Part shown: positions 37,986-45,381 of the stretch, piece after piece | How positions within the stretch are numbered: position 1 is the stretch's first letter | How the letters are laid out: each line of letters begins with the position of its first letter | Source of the DNA: a virus | Lineage: Duplodnaviria > Caudoviricetes | DNA: 45,381 nt | Strand: one strand, 5' to 3' | IMG/VR virus record: IMGVR_UViG_3300037589_000199 | Location: 1-45,381 of that record | Program-made: the position numbers and the translations under genes | Notes under the pieces: model-generated | The model's database searches: none | What the model was told of the DNA's origin: nothing | The model's input: only the letters and a program-made list of their open reading frames with translations

Positions 37986-38274
37986 ACAACCGTAAGCATA
38001 ACCTCACGGTGCACCTTTACCAGAACCGAACTTACGAGTCTCTTGTACCAACTCCAACCATAGCCTAGCCCTACGCTAAAATCCAGACCCAGCAGTTTAG
38101 CATTAAATATCCTGAGACTTCAGGATTTCACTGCATAGATCACTCCAAACTACTTATAAAAAACAGAGCATGCATGCCACTTGCTTCGCTTCGGGTAACG
38201 ACTCCCGCACGTAAAGGACTCTTACCCGTTGCAAAGGTCAACTTTTTGACCTATATTCATCATTCAAGGCACAC
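37977..38274 (-). mobile_element. Degenerate ORF-less group IIC intron remnant with both ends
   Basis: 5' end GTGTGCCTTGAATG after exon TTGT; decayed DV/DVI ending GTCTACTCCTT. Confidence 0.6.
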
Positions 38275-38404
38275 ACAAGGGCAATAGCAAATGCGGCTGA
38301 CTGCTTAAAAATGAAGAAATTACAACTAAATAAATTCGATCTGGCGGTCATAGAATCGGTTTCAAAACCCCGTACTTGCCATAGCCAGAGCCACTAGGTA
38401 CAAT
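38275..38404 (+). repeat. attC-like cassette recombination site (degenerate)
   Basis: Imperfect inverted arms 38280-38296/38370-38386 (13/17), then TAGGTA just before next ATG. Confidence 0.55.
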
Positions 38405-38406
38405 AG

Positions 38407-39174
38407 ATGAGTTACACTAAAAAACATAGTAAACACGGAGAACTCTATGGAGCGGTTTTAATTCTAGAAACGGAATTAAGAAGCTTTGTTGATTTCTTAG
38501 CTAAAGATTTTGTCGAAATTGCTATAAACGGAAAAACGAAAGATGGAACCAATATCAATTTTTCCGATTTAGACGAATTCATATCGTATTCCAATTTTGA
38601 AAAGAGAAAAATTGTTGAATTTGAATTATCATGCTCAAATGAGGAAAAATCCGTAGACATAAAATTTCAAAATGATAGATTTTTCTTCAAACCAAAGGTT
38701 ATATCTTACTATCTCAGGTATAACAATCAAAACTGGGGCTTCAAATTTGAAGATGACTTAAGACAAGAACTTAAAGAGTTTCGACCACATTATAGTTTTC
38801 TGACTTATCTGGATCTAAAAATGGGATTACCGCTATTATTAGTTGCTATTGCAATTCTATTCTTCTCCGTGGATTATCTTTTAAAAGTTGCTGGCTTAAC
38901 TGGCTTCACTAACGCTGACTATAATAATTCTGGAAGTAATAAATCTAATTGGATAGTTGGTGTTGCGTGGTGGATTCCCATTTACTTATCTGGTTATTTC
39001 ATCAATTTATTTAGGAACTATCTATTCCCTGTTCTATTCATTGCGACAGGTAAACAGGTTAAAGAATATCGAAAAAGGAGAAATATAGCTTATGTGATTT
39101 TTGGAGTGGTCCTATTGGGAATTGCTATTAATATATTATCTCATCTAATAACCAACGGCTACCTAATCGTGTAG
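38407..39174 (+). CDS. Cassette-borne protein: soluble N-domain + 3 C-terminal TM helices
   Basis: 255 aa ORF bounded by complementary TAGGTA/TACCTA core-like sites. Confidence 0.8.
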   Translation: MSYTKKHSKHGELYGAVLILETELRSFVDFLAKDFVEIAINGKTKDGTNINFSDLDEFISYSNFEKRKIVEFELSCSNEEKSVDIKFQNDRFFFKPKVISYYLRYNNQNWGFKFEDDLRQELKEFRPHYSFLTYLDLKMGLPLLLVAIAILFFSVDYLLKVAGLTGFTNADYNNSGSNKSNWIVGVAWWIPIYLSGYFINLFRNYLFPVLFIATGKQVKEYRKRRNIAYVIFGVVLLGIAINILSHLITNGYLIV

Positions 39175-39330
39175 ACGGCCCGTAAGATTCCTCTGGAGGG
39201 AAGTGTCTTACACAACGCCCTAAGTACAGGCCTCTTATACGGCGGTTCACCGAGTTATGGGTTGTGTTTTGAGTTAATAAGAAAGCATGAATTCATATCT
39301 ATTTCTTCTCAGGCGTGACAGTGTAACTAT
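39166..39330 (-). mobile_element. 5'-truncated group IIC intron: IEP C-terminal remnant + domains V/VI
   Basis: GAACCGCCGTATAAGAGGCCTGTACTTAGGGCGTTGTG DV-like; end GTCTACACGAT; preceded by IVTLSRLRRNRYEFMLSY*LKTQPITR* maturase-like tail. Confidence 0.75.
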
Positions 39331-39509
39331 TCAAGTCACAATTTAATAGGCATAAGACCGCAAAGGTTGTGATCTAGGGTTAACAGATATCCTACACTAT
39401 CAAAAAATCATAGTAGCCCTTACAGAAACGTATTGGCTGATGATGGAGATTGACAAAGTTAAATACTTCTTTAAAAGATATTAAATATGCGGATTAAAAC
39501 CTAAGAGTT

Positions 39510-40295
39510 ATGCTACAGATTGTAAAAAGACAAGCGTCTCCTAATGGGGCAAATAACCTTGACGATTTTATAGGTGGATTTTTAAAAGAACTGGATGAGT
39601 TAGATCCTAATACTCCCAAAAAAACTTTGGAGATTTGTCATGTTGGTAAATTCTTAATGTTATTAAATGCTAATTTACGGATCGATTCGATAATGGAAAA
39701 GCCAGATTTTATAATTAAATCTAGAAACAATAGTTTTATTGGATTGGAACATGAAATTCTTCCAGATCACTCACAAAAGAAAATTGAAGGAAGCTTTGAA
39801 GATATTGTTAAAATTGCTGAAAATAAATTTAAGGAGCGATTTCCTACCTTAAAGTATTTAGTAAACATCAGGATGAATACTAAAAAAAAACTTAATAAAA
39901 AAAACAAGATATTTAATGCAAACTCTATAGCAACCATCGTTGAAAAATATCTAATCCATGGCCAATTTGAAAGAAATGACCTAGTACATAGAATCTATTG
40001 CCAAGAAGATTCAAATTTAACGTTTAATAGCCTTCCATTTGGAGGCTTTATTAAAAAATCCTTAAAACCTGAACATTTGATTACTGCAATACTTAAAAAA
40101 GAACGTAAACGTCTAAATTACATCAAAAATACAGGCCTGAATCAACAATGGTTATTAATTGTTATAGGTAGCGCAGCAAAAAGCTCATACGAAATTCTCC
40201 AAAAATTTGATGAAAATCTTGAAATAAAATGTGGATTCAACCGGATTTTCATCTTGGAGGACTTCAATTCAAGACTGTTTGAACTTCAGCTATAA
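39510..40295 (+). CDS. PD-(D/E)xK-like nuclease-fold protein (cargo)
   Basis: EKPDFII...IGLEH motif, WLLIV, FNRIFIL. Confidence 0.55.
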   Translation: MLQIVKRQASPNGANNLDDFIGGFLKELDELDPNTPKKTLEICHVGKFLMLLNANLRIDSIMEKPDFIIKSRNNSFIGLEHEILPDHSQKKIEGSFEDIVKIAENKFKERFPTLKYLVNIRMNTKKKLNKKNKIFNANSIATIVEKYLIHGQFERNDLVHRIYCQEDSNLTFNSLPFGGFIKKSLKPEHLITAILKKERKRLNYIKNTGLNQQWLLIVIGSAAKSSYEILQKFDENLEIKCGFNRIFILEDFNSRLFELQL

Positions 40296-40320
40296 GGAAT
40301 CAAGCTTTCTTCAAAAGCAT

Positions 40321-40464
40321 TTAAACTCCTCCAGATAATAGAAAAACTGCAACTAGGGCAATTACCGCCAATAACACAGCCTGGAGAATGGCAAAGCTGG
40401 TAATAATAGCTAAGCCCAAAATTCTTCTTTCATACCTGGTAAGCTCTTTATCTTCTTTTTTCAT
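40321..40464 (-). CDS. 47-aa single-TM protein absent from ORF track
   Basis: MKKEDKELTRYERRILGLAIITSFAILQAVLLAVIALVAVFLLSGGV*, co-oriented after replication genes. Confidence 0.55.
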   Translation of the reverse strand: MKKEDKELTRYERRILGLAIITSFAILQAVLLAVIALVAVFLLSGGV

Positions 40465-40527
40465 TACTTTATGGGTTACAGGGTTACGGATATTTTATTG
40501 TTTTTTTGACTTGAAATACACGGAGGA

Positions 40528-40755
40528 TCAGCAGTTTTCGGCTATATTCTGAGAAGTTTGCAAATAAATTTTCCGCTGCTTTATCATCCTGATCAGCCAG
40601 AGTTTGTCTGTCTGATCTGAAATCACACGGGTAATTACTGCAGACTCGCCCTCCAGGAGTTGGAAGTAAACCAGCCCCTTTTTCCTAGTCTTGGTTTGCT
40701 TGTCAACAAACTCCTTTATCGACATTACCGGTTTTAATTTTAATGTTATATCCAT
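40528..40755 (-). CDS. Small phage protein
   Basis: 75 aa, 1 nt after primase stop. Confidence 0.7.
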   Translation of the reverse strand: MDITLKLKPVMSIKEFVDKQTKTRKKGLVYFQLLEGESAVITRVISDQTDKLWLIRMIKQRKIYLQTSQNIAENC

Positions 40756-40756
40756 C

Positions 40757-43672
40757 TTAGAAAGTAGCTAAATCTTCTTCATCTTCTGGTGCCAAACCTT
40801 CATTCGGAGAAGGTGGCATCACTACCTGATTGACAGCCCTATGATTAGCATCCTGACTATTTCCTGAACTGCTGACATATATCATTTCCACAGAGGTGGC
40901 CACACCATTTATCTGTTCTTTCCGGATTATTCTTCCGGATGAGTTTTTGAATTCCTCAGGGTCCAGCTCGTAGCCATAGAACCTGGCCCAAGCTTTAAGT
41001 GCTTTGGTAAATTTCTGTGAGGTCCATTTACTTGCAGTGGTTTTGCTATAGTCCTCAAAGGCATATTTCTTAACCACAAAATCATTCAGCCGGTCGGTAA
41101 AATAGGTATCAGCCCATTCATGAAAGGCCGGTCCCATTTCACTTAGTAGATTCCTTTTCTCCACATTCTCCATAGGTGGATCTATTTTGCCATGTTGCAT
41201 GTACAGCTGACAGCATTGAATCATAAAATTGTAAAAGTCATTCCATTCCTTTTCTGTATAGTCCGGCCCTAGGATATTCTTTCCAAACTCCTCCCTGGGA
41301 TTCCTACTTTCATTAAAATAGCCATCCTTATTTTGATGGTAATAGTCCGAAAATACGCAGTACAACACCCTACGAAGTACAGAACTATCTATATTCCTTA
41401 AGGGAAAATTTGAGCTGAATGCAAACTTAGGTGACTCTTCATAAGGGATCTCATAGGACTTGTTATTCTTGGGGTTGACGATCATATTTCCGGTGATGTC
41501 AGAGAAAAACACATCAAACTTCAAATACTGGTTGGCATCATCCACCAAGATGTAATCTGTATGAATAGTGACCCGGTCATACATGTGGGGATTTTCTGTC
41601 ATTTTGGGATCCCGGCCACGTAAAGTTACCGACTTCATAAAGCGTGACACAGATCCCATGGCTATAGATTTACCGGATCCTCCATGAGATTCTCCCTCAT
41701 CAGATATCCGATGATCCATAGTCCAAATAGCCCAGGGACGGGAAGGATCTTTATACCTGTGTAATAGATACCCTAACACATACATTTTATTAACCAAATG
41801 GTGCTTCTGTTCCATTATTTCGTCATGATTCAAATTAGGTCCTGCGATATTGAACAAATTTTCCTGCTTGTATTTTTTAATCTCCTCAGCTGGTTTACCG
41901 GCGAGCCTTTCTTCTAGTTCTTTTCTCCAGTGCGTCCGACTTGTATTGATCAAGAAATTAAAAAAGGTGTTGTCTTTCTTCAATACCTCTATGTCCCAGC
42001 GGCCATCTTTAGTTTGGGAAACTTTAAAATGTGGATCTTGTACTTTAAATCGATGGTCTATTACCTCATCATGCCAGACATATTTTTGCACTTCTCCAAG
42101 CTTATGAACCTTCACATGATCTTTATCGACTTCCACTGTCTTGTTGCCAAAAAAGAAAAATTGAGACTCCCTGTCAAAATCGGTAAAGTCCACTTCCGTC
42201 ATTGGTAGATTGGACATGGAGGCTTCTTTAAGTTGACTGCTTCTGTAGAAAACATCCCTTAATCCTTCATCTAAATGCCGTTCTTCAAGAAATTTATTTA
42301 CATACGTTTTTACTTCATTCACCTCAATTTCACGGACTATATTATCCTTGATCTGAATGAAAATATACCCTTGCTTTTCATTCTTATTTTCAAGCCTGTA
42401 GAATCCATTTTTGGTAAGGAAATTATAAAGCCTGGTGTTTTTTTCCTGGAACTTAGATTTCCAATTCCCTGCTTTGTCCACCCAATAAACTTCATCCCAG
42501 AACCTATAAGGTATAGCAGTGCGTACCAATTGCTTAAACTCGTAAGCACTGAAGCGCTTCAGGTAGTCCCTAACATCCTTGGAAGGATTACCCCTTTTGT
42601 CCGGAAATTCTTTTAATTTTTCAGGTAGTGTAATTGTATGTAGATCCAGGTGCTCCATGGCCAGCCGATGAGCTTCTCTTTTGCCTGTAAAATCTATATC
42701 CGGCATGTTCATTACTTTTTCAGCAATGGCCTGCAGCTTTTTAAAAAGCTTATCAGTAAGCTTTGCAGTTTCGGAATTTGGCCAGACTACCTGGTAACTG
42801 ATCATGGCCAAGTTCAAAGCATCAGACCCACCACTGCAGTATATGATTTCAGGTAGCATTTTTTTCTTTCTAGGCTTACTCCCTTCTTCCTGCTCTTCAA
42901 AATTGTCATCCTCTTGAATTTCCTCATAGGCAGTGTTACAAACAGATAGTCCATGTAAAAAGTCACTTTTGCGTTTGCCGTAGTACATAAACCTACGACT
43001 CTTATCAGGACTAAGTGGTTGATAAATTTTCTTGAAATCCCCTTCATCCCACATGAAAATTGGGTATTTATCTGTGGCCTCAATCGTGGTCACCTTCCGG
43101 TTTTTCACTATGGAGTAAGAAACAAGGGAGTAAAAATGATACCTACGAAAAATTTTATAAACCTTATCGGTATTTATTGCTGCAATTCCAGAACTGTCCC
43201 GAATTACTTTCCCTTCCTTATCTCTCATCACAGGGATGACCTTCTCTGCCAGAACAGTTCTTACCTCAAAATCTGTAAACTCATTCCTTACTTCAAAATA
43301 CCATTCTCCGTCATTCTCCTCTGCCCTTGCATCCCTACTTGTAATTTCTGGTTTTAAAATTTCAAAGTTGGTTTCTCCGGAAACATTATACCTTTCGGCA
43401 AGTACTTCAAGAGCTTCTTTAAAATCAAGCCCTTCTTCTTCCATGCAGACATGAATACCATTTTTTGGTTTTTGATCTCCCCCAAAATCCGTTACCACCC
43501 AATTGCCATCCTCCAGCTGCTTTAGTGTGGCACTGGCCGTTTTCTCACTTTCACGAACTTTAAATTTCTTTCCCTTTACTCCTACACAATTTTGAGCTTG
43601 TGGAAAATAATAAAGGATAATATTGAGACCACCATCGGTCGCTTCAAATATGTCTGCTTGGTTTATAAACAT
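40757..43672 (-). CDS. Primase-helicase (Toprim + P-loop NTPase)
   Basis: CSGGSDA...PDIDFTG Toprim, KDVRDY; GGSGKS Walker A, ILVDD Walker B, SSNF, RR. Confidence 0.85.
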   Translation of the reverse strand: MFINQADIFEATDGGLNIILYYFPQAQNCVGVKGKKFKVRESEKTASATLKQLEDGNWVVTDFGGDQKPKNGIHVCMEEEGLDFKEALEVLAERYNVSGETNFEILKPEITSRDARAEENDGEWYFEVRNEFTDFEVRTVLAEKVIPVMRDKEGKVIRDSSGIAAINTDKVYKIFRRYHFYSLVSYSIVKNRKVTTIEATDKYPIFMWDEGDFKKIYQPLSPDKSRRFMYYGKRKSDFLHGLSVCNTAYEEIQEDDNFEEQEEGSKPRKKKMLPEIIYCSGGSDALNLAMISYQVVWPNSETAKLTDKLFKKLQAIAEKVMNMPDIDFTGKREAHRLAMEHLDLHTITLPEKLKEFPDKRGNPSKDVRDYLKRFSAYEFKQLVRTAIPYRFWDEVYWVDKAGNWKSKFQEKNTRLYNFLTKNGFYRLENKNEKQGYIFIQIKDNIVREIEVNEVKTYVNKFLEERHLDEGLRDVFYRSSQLKEASMSNLPMTEVDFTDFDRESQFFFFGNKTVEVDKDHVKVHKLGEVQKYVWHDEVIDHRFKVQDPHFKVSQTKDGRWDIEVLKKDNTFFNFLINTSRTHWRKELEERLAGKPAEEIKKYKQENLFNIAGPNLNHDEIMEQKHHLVNKMYVLGYLLHRYKDPSRPWAIWTMDHRISDEGESHGGSGKSIAMGSVSRFMKSVTLRGRDPKMTENPHMYDRVTIHTDYILVDDANQYLKFDVFFSDITGNMIVNPKNNKSYEIPYEESPKFAFSSNFPLRNIDSSVLRRVLYCVFSDYYHQNKDGYFNESRNPREEFGKNILGPDYTEKEWNDFYNFMIQCCQLYMQHGKIDPPMENVEKRNLLSEMGPAFHEWADTYFTDRLNDFVVKKYAFEDYSKTTASKWTSQKFTKALKAWARFYGYELDPEEFKNSSGRIIRKEQINGVATSVEMIYVSSSGNSQDANHRAVNQVVMPPSPNEGLAPEDEEDLATF

Positions 43673-44017
43673 TTAAAAAATCGATAATTGATGTTGGAAG
43701 CCTGATTTAAGAGCCTGTCTGACATAGTATCTTTCAGGACTGGGGATATCTTCAACTGAACTGTAAGGTGTATTAATGGTAAGGGATTTCATGTCTACAT
43801 GAAATTTATCCTTCAGTCTGCTTGCCAGATAATACCGTCTCTTGTATGTCTTTTGTTTGCGTCGCTTCTTGGAGGTCAAGCTGACTTTCAAAGAAGCCCC
43901 ACTCTTCACCTCTTGAGTCTCGGACCCGGTAGTAATCGTTGTTTTGGTAAACATCTCTAAGGGGCTGGGACTTGATGTTTGTTTCAAAATAGGCTGAAGT
44001 GCATGGAACGTTTTCAT
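43673..44017 (-). CDS. Hypothetical phage protein
   Basis: 114 aa basic ORF abutting primase start. Confidence 0.65.
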   Translation of the reverse strand: MKTFHALQPILKQTSSPSPLEMFTKTTITTGSETQEVKSGASLKVSLTSKKRRKQKTYKRRYYLASRLKDKFHVDMKSLTINTPYSSVEDIPSPERYYVRQALKSGFQHQLSIF

Positions 44018-44028
44018 GTCTTAGTTTT

Positions 44029-44253
44029 TTATTGACAGTCACTATCATTGATTATTAATTTTAATGTTTTGATGTTCTTTTGATACCTATCAATCCCCAT
44101 TTTCAAGGTTTCTATATCCTTTTCTAGGCGATCTAACTCATCAGGGCCTAAAACATCTCTAGTTTCGACCAACTTCTTTTGGTCTAACTTTAACTCTTGC
44201 CTTGCAAATTCTAGCAAAGACAAATAATCCTCAAGCTGTCTTTTTTGATCCAT
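44029..44253 (-). CDS. Small coiled-coil protein
   Basis: 74 aa ORF in early operon. Confidence 0.65.
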   Translation of the reverse strand: MDQKRQLEDYLSLLEFARQELKLDQKKLVETRDVLGPDELDRLEKDIETLKMGIDRYQKNIKTLKLIINDSDCQ

Positions 44254-44476
44254 TGTCCAGGTCGTTATAGAGTTTATTGGTGCTTATGATTTCATCGGCT
44301 ACCTGATAAATATTCATCCGAAGCTTAACTTCTACTCGTATCCAGTTATGAGCACTCAGGTTATTCATTGGCCTGAGGATACCACCTAATCCATGAGCTT
44401 TTTCTTGCCAGAAATTTTTCTTTTTCATTGCAAATTCATGGTCGATTAATAACTTTTCAATTCTTGAGTTGTCCAT
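44231..44476 (-). CDS. Small hypothetical protein
   Basis: Start MDNSR at 44476 preferred, after a GC hairpin at about 44492-44522. Confidence 0.6.
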   Translation of the reverse strand: MDNSRIEKLLIDHEFAMKKKNFWQEKAHGLGGILRPMNNLSAHNWIRVEVKLRMNIYQVADEIISTNKLYNDLDNGSKKTA

Positions 44477-44564
44477 GGTGTTTTGAGTTAATCCCGGGAC
44501 CAATGCCGGCATGGCCCCGGGAAAGTTGATTGTCGATCAAACGTGGATAGAACATCCGGCAATG

Positions 44565-45158
44565 TCATATAAGGTTTTTTTCAAAGGCAAATCTGACCAG
44601 TTCAGCCTTGTTTTTATAGCCTGTTTTTTCTCTAATATTCTTCATAAATACCCCAACCGTGAGAACAGAAATGCCCATTTTCGTAGCTATTTCTTTATCC
44701 AAAAGGCCTTCAGGTATTAATTTCAGTACTTCTATTTCGCGAGGAGTTAAGGTTCCATACTTAGCTTTGAGCAGTGAACAAATCCTTCCTTCATAAGGAC
44801 AGGTTCCTCTAAGATTGCAATCTATGTATTCACTATCCTGGAGCTCTCCTTCTACCATATCAGGATCATTGTCCAAAGCGGAATACCGGCACTTAATATA
44901 TTGGGTGACCATTTCAGCATCCGTGATGAAGCCAGCTTTCACAAGTGCTTCGACTGCCTCCGGATGTTTCTCCATGTCGCTAAACACACCTTCATAAAGC
45001 CAGTCTGGCCATTCATTTGGAGGTGCGATATTACCATCTATCAATGCGAATATTTTTTCGTCTTTTGCGAAAAATTCAACGTTCTTATCTGCTATACCTG
45101 CAGGTAATTTGCCACTGCTGAAGTTGATCATTTGGGTTTTGATGGGTTTATTTCGCAT
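44565..45158 (-). CDS. LuxR-type HTH regulator with Cys cluster
   Basis: LTPREIEVL...DKEIA...IS..TV...NIREK; DCNLRGTCPYEGRIC. Confidence 0.88.
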   Translation of the reverse strand: MRNKPIKTQMINFSSGKLPAGIADKNVEFFAKDEKIFALIDGNIAPPNEWPDWLYEGVFSDMEKHPEAVEALVKAGFITDAEMVTQYIKCRYSALDNDPDMVEGELQDSEYIDCNLRGTCPYEGRICSLLKAKYGTLTPREIEVLKLIPEGLLDKEIATKMGISVLTVGVFMKNIREKTGYKNKAELVRFAFEKNLI

Positions 45159-45381
45159 TTACAATCTTATTTTGTCTCATTTTAAGACGGTTAATCAATT
45201 CTTTGCTTTCTTCAATTACATCTAGAGCTGCCTTATGTACCTCAGTATTGTATCTGTGATTTTTTTCAGAAAAAAAGTTAGAAACAGTCCTTTTTGACAC
45301 ATTTACCCTTTTTTCCACCTTTGAAAAATACCCATAAGGCAGTGAATTTTTCAGATCTTTAAGTTCTTGTTGGGTCAGCAT
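45148..45381 (-). CDS. Small HTH (Cro-like) protein
   Basis: LPYGYFSKV..RVNVSKRTVSNFF HTH; first early gene in window. Confidence 0.65.
   Translation of the reverse strand: MLTQQELKDLKNSLPYGYFSKVEKRVNVSKRTVSNFFSEKNHRYNTEVHKAALDVIEESKELINRLKMRQNKIVNAK

Larger units (their letters stand above)
1..45381. mobile_element. Temperate prophage (siphovirus-like) of a Bacteroidota host; boundaries probably extend beyond the window
   Basis: Integrase, tape measure, terminase, S49 protease/capsid, lysis and primase modules are co-oriented on the minus strand; no sheath gene recognised; no att core seen. Confidence 0.93.

Noticed and set aside
37977-39330. Possible DGR or retron
   Set aside because: No intact reverse transcriptase and no TR/VR pair seen; sequences match decayed group II intron ends
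43806-44048. 80-aa alternative-frame ORF
   Set aside because: Overlaps 43673-44017, which has better spacing to its neighbours
874-45107. Numerous 60-160 aa ORFs nested in or antisense to long genes
   Set aside because: Shadow ORFs with no motifs or independent start signals

Overview
The window is almost entirely an integrated temperate tailed phage (probably siphovirus-like) in a Bacteroidota host. The host call rests on TTTG-N19/20-TAnnTTTG promoters, AT-rich leaders without Shine-Dalgarno motifs, and an Arm-DNA-bind_5-type tyrosine integrase. The integrase (+) sits at the left end. Most phage genes are on the minus strand and read from right to left: Cro/LuxR-like regulators, primase-helicase, candidate origin, fibre/decoration proteins, S49 protease, major capsid, tail tube, Stealth-like transferase, PLD-like nuclease, terminase, portal, head-tail proteins, tape measure, tail, lysis (holin, DUF5675-like endolysin, u-spanin) and a DUF285-like fibre. 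Cargo interrupts this backbone: an ArdC-N/RadC cassette, a HEPN moron, and a 36.4-40.3 kb block. That block contains decayed integron-like cassettes whose attC-like sites were invaded by group IIC intron remnants, and one of its genes is a candidate TM-STING-like effector. The most notable unexplained signals are: (1) a GSGSxxxGI peptide shared by three virion proteins next to a Stealth-like sugar-phosphotransferase, a possible virion-glycosylation system; (2) five copies of an exactly spaced late-promoter motif, TGTCCTTY-N20-TAnnTTnG; (3) a three-way RNA leader switch over the start codon of a small gene. All family assignments come from motif recognition by eye, with no database searches. 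No att core, repressor, tRNA, rRNA or CRISPR could be identified.
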